This document shows positions 43,905 to 63,552 of a DNA stretch of 64,000 nt, piece after piece. The notes under the pieces were generated by a model. The model saw nothing but the letters and a program-made list of their open reading frames with translations, was not told the origin of the DNA and did no database searches. The stretch lies in the NCBI RefSeq assembly GCF_009914755.1, contig NC_060948.1; one strand, given 5' to 3'. The translations under genes and the position numbers were made by a program. How positions within the stretch are numbered: position 1 is the first letter of the stretch; each line of letters begins with the position of its first letter. Source of the stretch: the human T2T-CHM13v2.0 reference genome, Homo sapiens.

Positions 43905-44210
43905 GGCCAGGCGCGGTGGCTCACGCATGTAATCCCAGCACTTTAGGAGGCCGAGATGGGTGGACCACCTGAGATAGGGAGTTCAAGACTTGCCTGGCCA
44001 GCATAGTGAAACCTGTCTCTACTAAAAATACAAAAATCAGCCAGGCGTGGTGGTGTGCACCTTTAATCTCAGCTACTCAGGTGGCTGAGGCAGGAGAATT
44101 GCTTGAACCCTGGAGGCTGCGGTTGCAGTGAGCCAAGATCATGCCATTGCATTCCAGCCTGCATGACAGGACAAGACTTGTCTCGGGAAAAAAAAAAAAA
44201 AAAAAAAAAA
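43905..44210 (+). mobile_element. AluS-type SINE in L1 ORF1
   Basis: TSD gaaaataattttc at 43892-43904 and 44216-44228. Confidence 0.93.
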
Positions 44211-44241
44211 GGAATGAAAATAATTTTCAACCCAGAATTTC

Positions 44242-44687
44242 TTTTTTTTATTATTATACTTTAAGTTTTAGGGTACGTGTGCACAAGGTGCAGGTTAGTT
44301 ACATATGTATACATGTGCCATGTTGTTGGGCTGCACCCAGTAACTCATCATTTAATATTAGGTATATCTCCAAGTGCTATCCCTCCCCTCTCCCCCAACC
44401 CCACAGCAGGCCCCAGTGTGTGATGTTCCCCTTCCTGGGTCCATGTGTTCTCATTGTTCAATTCCTACCTGTGAGTGAGAACATGCAGTGTTTGGTTTTT
44501 TGTCCTTGTGATAGTTTGCTGAGAATGATGGTTTCCAGATTCATCCATGTCCCTACAAAGGACATGAACTCATCATTGTTTATGGCTGCATAGTATTCCG
44601 TGGTGTATGTGTGCCACATTTTCTTAATCAAGTCTATTATTGTTGGACATTTGTGTTGGTTCCAAGTCTTTGCTATTGTGAATAGTG
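44242..44687 (-). mobile_element. 5'-truncated L1PA4-like insert in L1 ORF1
   Basis: Antisense 3'UTR and tail splits the host sequence cccagaatttc|atatccag. Confidence 0.9.
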
Positions 44688-47600
44688 TCATATCCAGTCA
44701 AATTAAGCTCCATAAGCGAAGGAGAAATAAAATCCTTTCCAACATGCAAATGCTGAGAGATTTTGTCACCAGGCCTGCCTTAAAAGAGCTCTTGAAGGAA
44801 GCACTAAACATGAAAAAGAACAAATGGTACCACCCACTGCAAAAACATACCACGTTGTAAAGACCATCAAGGCTGTGAAGAAACTGCCTCAACTAATGGA
44901 CAAAATAATCAGATAACATTATAATGTCAAGATCAAATTCATACATAACAATATTAACCTTGAATGTAAATAGGCTACATGCCCCAACTAAAAGAGAAAT
45001 CAGATAAAGAGTCAAGAACCATCCGTGTGCTGTATTTAGGTGACCCGTCTCATGTGCAAAGAAACACATAGGTTCACAATAAAAAGATGAAGGAAGATTT
45101 ACCAAACAAACAGAAAGCAATGTAAAACATGGGTTGCAATCCTAGTCTCTGATAAAACAGACTTTAAACCAACAAAGATCAAAAGAGACAAAGAAAAGCA
45201 CCACATAATGGTAAAGGGATCAATGAAACAAGAAGAGCTAACTATCCTAAATATATATGCACCCAATACAGGAGCACCCAAATTCATAAAGCAAGTTCTT
45301 AGAGACCTACAAGGAGCTTGGACTCCCATAAAAGACTTTAACAACCCGCTGTCAATATTAGACACATCAACGCAAAAGAGAATTAAAAAGGATACCAAGG
45401 ACTTGAACTCAGCTCTGGATCAAGCAGACCTAATAAACATCTACAGAAGTCTCCACCAAAAGTCAACAGAATATACATTCTTCTCAGCAACACATCACAC
45501 TTATTCTAAAATGGACCACATAATTCGAAGGAAAACACTCCACAGCAAAGGCAAAATAAATGAATTTATCACAAACTGTCTCTCAGACCACAGTGCAATT
45601 AAAGTAGAACTCAAAGTGAGTCCATCTTGAGATAATTTTTGTATAAGGTGTAAGGAAGGGGATTAAGTAGGATTAAGAAACTCACTCAAAACTGCACGAT
45701 TACATGGAAACTGAACAACCTGATCCTGAATAACTACTGGGTAAATAACAAAATTAAGGCAGAAATAAAGATGTTCTTGGAAATCAATGAGAAAAAAAGA
45801 CCAAATATTCAAGAATCTCTGGGTCACATTTAAAGCAGTATAGAGAGGGAAAATTATAGCACTAAATACCCACAAGAGAAAGCAAGAAAGATCTAAAATC
45901 AACATACTAACATCATGATTAAAAGAACTAGAGAAGCAAGAGCAAACAAATTCAAAAGCTAGCAGAAGACAAGAAGTAAATAAGATCAGAGCAGAACTGA
46001 AGGAGACGGAGACATGAAAAACCCCTCAAAAAATCAAGGAATGCAGGAGCTTGTTTTTTCAAAAAGATCAACCAAATAGACTGCTAGCCAGACTAATAAA
46101 GAAGAAAAGAGAGAAGTATCAAATAGACACAATAAAAAATGATAAAGAGCTATCCCATAGAAATACTAATGCTGAACCCACAGAAATACAAACTACCATC
46201 AGAGAATACTATAAACACGTTTATGCAAATAAACTAGAAAATCTAGAAGAAATGGATAAATTCCTGGACACATATACCCCCCCAAGTCTAAACCAGGAAG
46301 ACGTCAACTCTCTGAATAGACCAATAACAAGTTCTGAAATTGAGATACTAGTTAATACCCTACCAACCAAAAGAAGTCCAGGACCAGAGAGATTAACAGG
46401 TGAATTCTACCAGTGGTACAAAGAGGAGATCCTACTATTTCTTCTGAAACTACTCCAAACAATAGAAAAAGAGTGACTCCTCCCTAACTCATTTTATGAG
46501 GCCAGTATCTTCCTGAAAACAAAACATTGCAGAGACACAACAAAAAAATAAAATTTCAGGCTAATATCCCTGATGAACATCAATACGAATATCCTTAATA
46601 AAATACTGGCGAACCAAATCCAGCAGTTCATCAAAACTCTTATCCAACGTGATCAAGTCAGCTTCATCCCTGGGATGCAAAGCTCGTACAATATATGCAA
46701 GTCAATCAATGTAATCCATCACATAAACAGAACTAATGGCAAAAGCCACATGATTATCTCAATAGATGCAAAAAAAGCCTTCGACGAAATTTAAGGGCCT
46801 TCATGCTGAAAACTCTCAATAAACTAGGTATTGGTGGAACGTATCTAAAAGTAATAAGAGCTATTTATGACAAACCCACAGCCCATATCATACTGAATGA
46901 GCAAAAACTGGAAGCATTCCTTTTGAAAAGTGGCACAAGACAAGGATGCTCTCTCTCACCACTTCTATTCAACACAGCATTGGAAGTTCTGGCCAGGACA
47001 ATCAGGCAAGAGAAAGAAAGAAAGTGTATACTATCAGGAAGAGAGGAGTCAAATTATCTCTGTTCTCAAATGACATGATTGTATATTTAGAAAACCCCAT
47101 CATCTCAGCCCCATTCTCCTTAAGCTGATACACAATTTCAGCAAAGTCTCAGAATACAAAATCAATGTGCAAAAACCACAAGCATTCCTGTACACCGGTA
47201 ACAGACAGTGAGCTAAATCATGAGTCAACTCCCATTCACAATTGCTAAAAGAGAATAAAATACCTAGGAATACAACTTACAAGTGATGTGAAGGACCTCT
47301 TCAAGGAGAACTATAAACCACTGCTAAAGAAAATAAGAGAGGGCACAAGTAAATGGAAAAACTTTCCACACTCATGGATAGAAAGAATACGATGAAATTG
47401 GCCATACTGCCTGAAGTAATTTATAGATTTGATACTATGCCCATCAAGCTATCATTGACTTTCTTCACAAAATTGGAAAAAAAATATGCTTTAAATTTCA
47501 CATGGAACCAAAAAAAGAACCCGGATAGCTAAGACAATCCTAAGCAAAAAGAACAAAGCTGGAGGCATCATGCTACCTGACTTTAACCTGTACTACAATG

Positions 47601-48468
47601 CTACAGTAACCAAAACAGCATGGTACTGGTACCATAACAGATATATAGTCCAATGTAACAGAACAGACGTCTCAGAAATAACACCACACAACTACATCCA
47701 TCTGATTTTTGACAAACCAGACAAAAACAAACCATGGGAAAAGGATTCCCTATTTAATAAATGGTATTGGGAAAAGTGTGTAGCTATATGCAGAAAAGAG
47801 AAACTAGATCCCTTCCTTAAACCTTATACAAAAATTATCTCAAGATGGACTCAAGCCTTAAATATGAGAACTAAAACCATAAAAACCCTAGAAGAAAACC
47901 TAGGCAATAATATTCAGGACATAGACATGGGCAAAGACTTCATGACTAAAACACCAAAAGCAATTGCAATAAAAGCCAAATGGTCAAATGGGATCTAATT
48001 AAACTAGAGAGCTTCTGCACAGCAAAAGAAACTATCATCAGAGTGATCAGGCAAGCTACAGAATGGGAGACAATTTTTGCCATCTATCCATCTGACAAAG
48101 TGCTAATATGCAGAATCTACAAAGAACTTAAACAAATATACAAGAAAAAACAACCCTATCAAAAAGTGGACGAAGGATATGAACAGGCACTTCTCAAAAG
48201 AAAACATGTATGTGTCCAACAAACCTATGAAAAGATGCTCATCATCACTGGACATTAGAGAAATGCAAATCAAAACCACAATGAGATACCATCTCACACC
48301 AGTTAGAATGGCGATCATTAAACAGTCAGGAAACAACAGATGCTGTAGAGGATGTGAAGAAATAAGCACGGTTTTACACTGTTGGTGGGAGCGTAAATTA
48401 GTTCAACCATTGTGAAGACAGTGTGACAATTCCTCAAGGATTTAGGACCAGAAATACCATTTGACCCA

Positions 48469-49346
48469 TGTGGGCAGCAAGTCACCCAGGTGCCGAGGCA
48501 AGAGACCGAGGGCACGAGCTGTTCCAGTGTAATAAAATATATAAAATAACAGGAGTTATGCTAGATCTATATCATAGATATGATTATATATAAATATCAT
48601 TAATCATTAGTTTGTAATAATTACCTTTATTCCAATATTATAATAATCCTCGCTCTATAATTATAACCTAAAAAAAAAAAAACAGGCCTACAGAGATAGG
48701 AGCTGAGGGTACATGGTGAGAAGTGACCAGAAGACAAGAGTGCAAGCCTTCTATTAGGCCTAGATAGGGCCACCAGAGTGCTCCTTGGTCTAGTGGTAAC
48801 TCCCCCTTTTCCAGGGGAGTTTAGAGAAGACTCTGCTCCACCACCTCTTGTGGAGGTCCTGACATCAGTCAGGCCCACCTGCAGCTACCCGGAGGCTGTG
48901 CATCAGCAGTCGTGCTCCTGGTCCGCTTTCATGTTCCATCCTGTACACCTGGCTCTGCCTTCTACATAGCAGTAGCAGAATTAGTGAAAGTATTCAAAGT
49001 CTCTGAAATGCAGAAATAATGGCATAAGCTGTCTCTCCTCTCTCTCTCTGCCTCAGCTGCCAAACTGGGAAGGGTCCCTGTCTGGTGGACATATGACTCA
49101 CGTGACCTTATCAATCATTGGAGATGACTCACACTCCTTACCCTGCCCCTTTTGCTTTGTATGCAATACATAAAAGTGCAGCCAGGCATTCAGGGCCACT
49201 ACTGATCTCCACGTCTTGGTGGTAGTTGTCCCACGGGCCCAGCTGTCTTTTCTTTTATCTCTTTGTCTTGTGTCTTTATTTCTATGATCTCTCACCTCTG
49301 TATACAGGGAGAAAAGCCCACAGGCCCTGTAGGGCTGTCCCCTACA
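48469..49346 (+). mobile_element. LTR13 (HERV-K HML-4) solo LTR in L1 ORF2
   Basis: Starts tgtgggcagcaagtcacccaggtgccgaggcaagagacc and ends ccctaca; perfect 6-bp TSD gaccca. Confidence 0.88.
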
Positions 49347-49860
49347 GACCCAGCAATCCTCTTACTGGATATATACTCAGAGGGTTATAAATCATGCTGC
49401 TAGAAAGACACATGCACACATATGTTTATTGTGGCACTGTTCACAATAGAAAAGAACTAGCAAGTAACCCAAATGCCCATCAATGATATACTGGATAATG
49501 AAAATATGGCACATATACACCATGGAATACTATGCAGCCATAAATAGCAATGAGTTCATGTCCTTTGCAGGGACACGGATGAAGCTGGAAACCAAAATTC
49601 TCAGCAAACTAATACAAGAGCAGAAAACTAAACACCCATGTTCTCACTCATCAGTGAGAGTTGAGAAATGAGAACACATTGAAACAGGGAGGGGAACATC
49701 ATATACTGGGGCCTCTCTAGGCTTGGGGAGAGGGATAGCATTAGGAGAAATATCTAATGTAGGTGACAGGTTAATGGGTGCGGCAAACCACCATAGCATA
49801 TGTATACCTATGTAACAAACATGCACATTTACCCCAGATAGTAAAGTATAATTTCAAAAA

Positions 49861-50235
49861 AGTGGTACATATACACCATGAAATGCTATGCAACAATTTA
49901 AAAGAGAAAAATCATGCTATTTGCGGCAACATTGATGTCCCTGGAGGCCATTATCCTAAGCAAATTAATGAAACAACAGAAAACCAAATACCACATATGA
50001 AACCCTTAAGTGGGAGCTAAGCATTAAATCATCAAGAAATAAAGATGAGAACAATAGACACTTAGGACTGCTAAAGGAGAGAGGGTAGAGGGGTACAAGG
50101 GCTGATAATTAATTTTGGAGTGCTATGCTCCCTACCTGGGTGACAGAATTATTTGTACTCCAAACCTCAATGTCACATAATATACCCAGGTAACATACTT
50201 CTACATGGACCTCTTGAACCTAAAATAAATTTGAA
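49861..50235 (+). mobile_element. Older L1PB/L1MA 3' end
   Basis: ctggaggccattatcctaag...aagtgggagctaa...ccaaacctca...aacctaaaataaa. Confidence 0.72.
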
Positions 50236-50658
50236 ATTTTTTTTAAAAAAGAGAATAAAAGCATACTGAGAAAAAGAAAATAGTAAAAGATATAATACAA
50301 TAAAACACACAGCAACAACTTTCATGAAGCCAAAACTACAAGAGATGTAAAATGTCAGATAGAAACAAAAGATGAGAACTGCACTGGGTATGAGACAGAT
50401 AAAACAAAAAATTAGACAAAAGACCCACGATGTAATCAATAAGATAGATTGTGCTTGTGTGCACAAATGTTGTACTTTATACTATATTTTCTCAATAGAC
50501 AGAACAAACTCCTTACAAAGTCCTGATGGAAAAACAGATTTAATACTAAGTGGCAAAAAAAAAAATTCAAACAATACCCCTCTCATCACAAAAATATAAT
50601 TGGAAATTATTAATTAAAACAGGAAAGAAAATTGCAGCTGGAATTATGAGATTCTTGC

Positions 50659-51015
50659 TGTATTAGCCTGTGTCACTATGAAAGAATAACTGATGCTGGG
50701 TAATTTCGTCAGGCTATACAAACATGGCACCATCATATGCTCAGCTTCTGATGAGGCCTAAGGAAGCTTACTATTATGATAGAAGTAGGAGGGAGAGCAG
50801 ACACACTTCATGAGCTGAGTGAGAGAGAAAGGTAACAGGTGCCAGCTGGTTTTAAACAACTAGCTTTAATAGTAACTCATGCTCATGGGGAAAGCACCAA
50901 GCCATTCATGAGGAATTCATCCCTTTAATATAAACACTTCCACAAGGAGTAACTTCCAACTTGGGGATCACATTTGAACACGCAATTTGGAAGGACACAC
51001 ATCCGAATCACATCA
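50659..51015 (-). mobile_element. MST (MaLR) LTR
   Basis: tgtattag...gcaccaagccattcatgagg...ggggatcacatttgaaca...atca. Confidence 0.72.
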
Positions 51016-51192
51016 CCTGCATTTGTGTAAATTTTAACAAATAACCAATAAAATTGGTTGCCTGTGGAGAAGAGGTGGGAATGGAGTGGAAGATATGGGC
51101 ACAGTATGTCAAGAGGGAATTACAGGACCCAACCAGTAAAGGAATAGCCTTAACTGAAGAAACAGGAAAGAAAATTGCACACCTGGATAAAC

Positions 51193-51770
51193 ATTATGGG
51201 TTGAATTTTGTATTTTTGTTGTACTTTTGAAATTTTTATGTTGAAGTCTTAAACACTAGTACATCCAAAAGTGGTCTTAATTGTAATTCGGGTTGTTGTT
51301 GGTGTAATTAGTTACCGATTTATGCCTAGTGTTCCATTGTTGGAATGCTAAGCTTGTGGGAGTTATTTAAATCCAACTGCATGAGGTCATTGAAAAGGTC
51401 TGATTTTCACACACAAAAAGTTTGGAATCTCAAGCTTAAATGGGTTAAGAGGAAGTCTTCCTGGAGTGAGATGGATTCCTAATCCAGTATGACTGGTGCT
51501 GGTGTCCTGATAGAAATGGAAATTTGTACACAGAAACACATACACATAAGAAGAGGACTAGGGTTATGTTGCCACAAACCAAATAATTAGCACAAACTTG
51601 GAGGCAGAGGTAGGAACATATTTCCTAGTCCCTTCAGAGAGAGAGAGCATGGCCCTTTGACCCCTTGATTTCAGACTTTTGGCCTTCAGAACTGTCAGAA
51701 TATGAACTTCTGTTGTTTAAGCTGCCTAGTCTGCAGTACTTTGTCATGATAGCCCTAGCAAACTATTACA
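51193..51770 (+). mobile_element. MLT1 (MaLR) LTR containing MER85
   Basis: ttatgggttgaatt...aatccagtatgactggtg...tttcagacttttggccttcagaactgt...gccctagcaaacta. Confidence 0.75.
51315..51444 (+). mobile_element. MER85 piggyBac-derived MITE
   Basis: cc.atttatgcctagtgttccatt.ttggaa...taaatggg followed by TTAA. Confidence 0.88.
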
Positions 51771-51937
51771 AGTTTGGGTCATTTGGACACTTACAAAAGA
51801 AACTTTACATAGGTATTATACATTTAAAACTGCATTTTCCCCAGGAAGCTTTTCAATGGGATGTTCTCTGTCTTCATCAGGGATTTTTAGCCAACAGTTG
51901 AAAGCCACTGGAATAAGCAGATGGAATCTGTCAACCT

Positions 51938-52470
51938 AAGGTTTTTCAGCCTCAGAAGATTGACATGTGAGGGTTGCATCATTATTGTGGGGTTGCACTG
52001 TGAAATGTAGCATGTTGAGAAACATTCCTGATCTTAACCAAATAGATTCCAATTCCAATAGATGTGACAATGAAAAATGTCACATAGAACTAAAACGTCG
52101 AAGAAAGGATACTAGAAGCAGGGAAGGGTAGGGGGAAAAGGACATAGGGAAAAATTTGTTGAAGTACACAAAATTACAGCTACATAGGAGGAATAAGTTG
52201 TACTTTCTATACTACTGCAGGATGACTACAGATATTGAATGTTCCCAACACAAAGAAATGGTACATGTTTGAGACGATGTAGGTATGCTAACAACCCCAA
52301 TGGGATCACTATACATTGTACGTATCAGAACATCACTGTGCCATGTGAATATATACAATTATTATATCTAAATTGAAAATTAATTTAAAATTTTTAAAAA
52401 TGTTATTTAAATGTCTCTAGAGTTTGTTACACTTGCAGGAAGCAAAATCACCTCAGGGTGAAATGACTGC
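51938..52470. mobile_element. MER20 hAT MITE split by an L1MA 3' fragment (~52082-52408)
   Basis: MER20 halves (gtgacaatgaaaaatgtc | aaatgtctctag...gcaaaatcacc) with duplicated aaatgtc. Confidence 0.65.
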
Positions 52471-52493
52471 TCTATGGAATTATGCTCAGGCAT

Positions 52494-52775
52494 AATTTTG
52501 AGACAGGGTCTCACTCTCTTACTAAGGTTGGAGTGCAGTGGTGTGAACTTGGCTCACTGAAGCCTCCACCTCTCAGGTTCCTCCCACTGCAGCCTCCCGA
52601 GTAGAGTACCTGGGATTACAGGTACACATTACCACCGGCTAATTTTTTGAATTTTTCATAGAGATGAGGTCTTGCCATGTTGCCAGTCTGCTTTCAAACT
52701 CCTAGGCTCAAGCAATCCTCCTGCCTCAGCCTCCCTAAGTTCTGGGATTATAGGTATGAGTCACCATACCATCCT
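52494..52775 (-). mobile_element. AluJ-type SINE
   Basis: Antisense Alu dimer. Confidence 0.85.
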
Positions 52776-52989
52776 GTGTTTTCCTTTCTTTTTAATATGT
52801 ACAAGCTGATTCTTGGTAGACTTTCAGAGTGAGAGAAATCTCTGGTTGCTTCAGTGGGCTTTGCATAACCACCCTTTGCTTCTCATAGGCCTGATGTAGT
52901 TATTTGAGGACCATCTATTTACTGCATTTCTACATTTTATTTCATGTCTTCCTATATTATAGTAACATTTTTACAAATTTAAAATATAT

Positions 52990-53275
52990 TATTGTTTTAA
53001 TTTGTATAAATGTACAGTGTACAAGCTCAATTTTGTTACATGAACATGTTGCATAGTTGTAAGTCAGGGCTTCCAATTTACCGATCACCTGAATAGTGTA
53101 CATGATATCCATTAAGTAATTTTTCATCTCCCCCCCTCTCTCAGCCTCCCACCTTCCAAGTGTCCAATATCTATTATTCTACTCCCTATGTCCATTGTGG
53201 ACATTACTTAGCTACCGCTTCTAAGTGAGAATATGTAGATTTGTCTTTCTGTTTTTGAGTTGTTTTCCTTAGGTT
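52990..53275 (-). mobile_element. L1MA 3' fragment
   Basis: cacctgaatagtgtaca...ccattaagtaattttt...taagtgagaatatg. Confidence 0.7.
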
Positions 53276-53312
53276 ATTTACCCATGATAAAATATTTTTA
53301 AAACAAGACTAC

Positions 53313-53684
53313 TGTATTAGTCTGTTCTCACACTGTTAATAAAGACACACCCAAGACTGGGTAATTTACAAAGGCAATAAGTTTAATAGACTCACAGTTC
53401 CAGATGGATGGGGAGGCCTCACAATCATGGCAGAATGTGAATGAAGAGCAAGGTCATGTCTTTCATGGCTTCAGGCAAGAGAGCTTGTGCTGTCTTAAAA
53501 GGTAACTTCCCCTTATAAAACCATCAGATCTCATGAGACTTAATCACTATCAGGATAAGAGCATGTGAAAGACCTGCCTCCATGATTCATTTATCTCCCA
53601 CCAGGACCCTACCATGACACAATGAAATTATGGGAACTACAATGCAAGATGAAATTTGGGTAGGGACACAGCCAAGCTATATCA
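53313..53684 (-). mobile_element. THE1 (MaLR) solo LTR
   Basis: tgtattagtctgttctcacactg...gggacacagccaagctatatca; 5-bp TSD actac. Confidence 0.9.
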
Positions 53685-53732
53685 ACTACTTATTAGTCAA
53701 TTTGGTCAACCAATGAGCAAGAAAATAACCCT

Positions 53733-54501
<769 letters not shown>

Positions 54502-55034
54502 TAAAAACGTGTAGTAACTAGTTGATATACACTTCACCATCATGTTAACTTCAAAGGCTTGCATAACTTAAATGATTTGAATTAAGTAGGGTTTTTAATT
54601 AAATGTTATCTAAAATGACTCTATCATGGTAATTTACTTTGCTTGAGAAAATATCAATAATATCAGATGTAGTATCTATGGGAAACTGTCATTCTCTGGT
54701 TCTCTATGTGGTTTTTCTTCACTCATTTACTTTCTACGTGACATATTTGTGAGACTCACAGTCAAAAAGAGATCCCTTCAGTTTGATAGTAATTTGTGAC
54801 TTACAGGGTTTATTTTACTAAAGAACTCGTTTCAAAATTCTATTTAAGAAGTTTGTCCTTCCATGTCAAACACTGTTCCAAATGGAGGCATATAATCTCC
54901 ACCAAATAATAATTGAACTATTTAAGGCATCCCTTTCATCATGCTTTTTTCCTTTCGATTTTCGTTAATTTGATGGTAAGCTATACTACCTATGAAGAGG
55001 CACAGGACATCACACCCAGCTTTTTGTTTTTATA

Positions 55035-55256
55035 TATGCAGTTGGGAGTACAGGGAGATAGGGAGTAGAATGATAGACATTGGACACTTGGAAGGGTGAG
55101 AGGCTGGGAGGTGTGGGAGGTTGAAAAATTACTTAATGGGTACAATGTACACTGTTCAGGTGATGGGCACACTGGAAGTCCTGACTTCACAACTATGCCA
55201 CATGTCCATGTAACAAAATTGATTTTGTACCCCGTACATTTATACAAATAAAAACA
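55035..55256 (+). mobile_element. L1MA 3' fragment
   Basis: gaaaaattacttaatgggtacaatgtacactgttcaggtgatgg...aaataaaa. Confidence 0.72.
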
Positions 55257-56418
55257 GAAACGTTTTAAATATTGTTTAAAAAGTTACTTTAAGTACTAAA
55301 GTCTCAGTTTCCCTTGACGCTAAAAGCATACAATGCTTCTGTAATTAATAATGCTTTTATTCTTCCATCAGTTTTATAAAGATGAAGTCATCCATGGGTG
55401 TCCTATTTTCACGTTGTTCCCACAGATCCTTTTGTCTGTTATAAAGTAGAGATAAATACCAGCATCAAAAACTTAAGGAAAAATGGAGGTGTTTACTTGT
55501 AGATAGATAGCTCTTTTTTTTTTTTTTGCATTTCTGTGAAAATCAAGTGAAAAACTACCAAGTTATAAATTAGTTTTCCAACCTGTTTCATCAGTACAAA
55601 CAATCTGTGAAATTTCTAAGGGAAAGTCAACTTTCTCACATACAACCACATATCTCAAAACTATAGAGCATTGTCTTGTTTTCTTTTCTTTCATCCAAAA
55701 ATTTACTACGTGGATATGATCACCTAATTGCTGATATTTGATTGCTCTAAACCAAGACCGTAAGTTGTTTAAAAAGGTGGTTATGTTAATATGTTTTGAT
55801 TATTTTCATTCAATTGTTTTAACTGGTCTAATTACCCATATTAATCAAATGGTACATTTCAAATCTAACTTATTAGAAAATATGGATTCCTTAAGAAAAA
55901 TCAATTATATAGGAGGTCACAAAGTTATGGATTTCTTAAGTAAAATTAGTTATCTAGAAGGTCACTTTCATAGGAAATATATGTATATTTTAAAGATACT
56001 GGTGTAAATGTCAGATATGAATTGAACTTATTTCTTTACAACTAATTGGTATGTGTCAAAAAAATCTTTACAAATCTTCATAATAGTAATGGAAGCAAAA
56101 AAATATATATTTTCATTTTGTTTTTTACTTTCTTTAATTTATGTCATTTATATCAGTAGTCCAATTTATTTTAGGACCTGGGAACACAAATTTATATTTC
56201 TTTTTAAACTGAATGCAATAACAAGATAAATATGATTACATATTTCTTCCAGAAGAAATCTCACATAAAACTCTAATTTCAATTTATAGCATTTTCAACC
56301 ACATACTTCATTAATACTACACTACAGACCAGCATTTGCAAAAATAAAAGCTGGTTATAAGAAAAAAAAAGTTATTGTGGATTTTACATAACCATTAGGG
56401 TCATTAAGAATGACAGAT

Positions 56419-61863
<5,445 letters not shown>

Positions 61864-62017
61864 AAGAATGACAGGTGATCCAAAATACAACCTCCCTCAG
61901 ACTAATACAAATTTATCTTATTTTAAAATACTAGTGGAGTATCATTTTGAAAACTATTTTCGTAGATTATCACATACTCTTGTAAATGCTTTCTTGTATA
62001 TTATCTAGAATACTGTT

Positions 62018-62362
62018 TGGGCGTTATGGCTTATGCCTGAAATCACGGCACTTTGGCAGGCTGAGGTGGGAGGATTGCTTGAGTTCAAAACCAGATGGAA
62101 ACATAGTGAGACCCCCGTCACAAACAACAACAAAATATATAGCTGGGTGTGATGTCCTGTGCCTCTTCATAGGTAGTATGTTTTTTTAAAAAATGGTGGG
62201 ATGGGTGCAGTTGTTCTTGCCTTTAGTCCCAGCTACTCTGGAGGCTGAGGAGAGAGAATTATTTCAGCTCAGAAAGTCAAGGCAGCAGTGAGCTGTGTTT
62301 GCACCAGGGCACTCTAGCCTGCATAACAGAGTGAAATCCTGTCTCCAAAATAGAAAATAAAA
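62018..62362 (+). mobile_element. Diverged AluJ/FLAM-type fragments
   Basis: Left-arm and right-arm Alu motifs separated by ~50 bp. Confidence 0.7.
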
Positions 62363-62892
62363 ATACAATTCTACCCAAGAACTGGAGCCAAGCTGGTATC
62401 ATTTATAAAATATGGAATACCGTTTGTGCTTTATATACTTGGGATGTATATTACATTTTCCCCACATCTTTCTGAAGACTTCCCAGTGATCGGATGTCAA
62501 AAGTCTATTTTTTGACACTTTTATTTTCTTTGTCTTTTATGAGTCATGTTCCAGGATAAAGTGGGTTTTGGATCAAAATGAAGTTGATTCAGTGACTGGA
62601 TTCATCACAAATACACTGAATTGAATTGTGCAAATTACCTAGCTTATAATAATTCGGACATGTGTAAAATTATGAGGATTTTACAAATCATATTCTGTTC
62701 CTTTTATTGAATTAAGAACAGAGATTGTTCTTAATTTATCCATGATTGTTGTAGGAATTAGAACTATTAATTGAAAAGCATCCACTAAGGTCACTGACCT
62801 TGTCCAGCCACTGATACAGGAGAAATTGTAACTATCATTGTGATTTCCATATGATTTTCCCTATAATTCCCTTTACTTATCAAAGTTAAGAA

Positions 62893-63162
<270 letters not shown>

Positions 63163-63502
63163 TTAATTTTTGTTTAAATTAACAAATAATTCCCAATTCA
63201 ATAATGAGTTGAATTATTATATCTTCTCTGTGAATTTCTATACTTTATCCTATGTTGTAGTCACTGATGATAGCCATAAATATTTCTGGTATAAGAAAAT
63301 ACACATACCTCAATTTTCATGAAATTTGACCTAAAAATCTCTGCAGTTGCTTTTAAGGACTAAAGGTGATACCAATATTTTTAAAGCATGAAAGAACAAA
63401 CAAAATCCATATGTAAGACACAATGCAAAAAGAAAGAAGAATAAACACTATTATCTGTGTTAGTATTATCTTAGGAGAAAATTCAATGCAGTTACCTATT
63501 TC

Positions 63503-63552
<50 letters not shown>

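Larger units (their letters stand above)
42011..49860 (+). mobile_element. Near-full-length decayed L1PA7/8-like element hosting Alu, L1 and LTR13 insertions
   Basis: 5'UTR, ORF1, EN, RT (QGCSLSP) and 3'UTR are colinear, with many stops and frameshifts. Confidence 0.92.

Noticed and set aside
22453-49346. The two LTR13s as ends of one provirus
   Set aside because: Different TSDs, no internal retroviral sequence, and a 25-kb separation.
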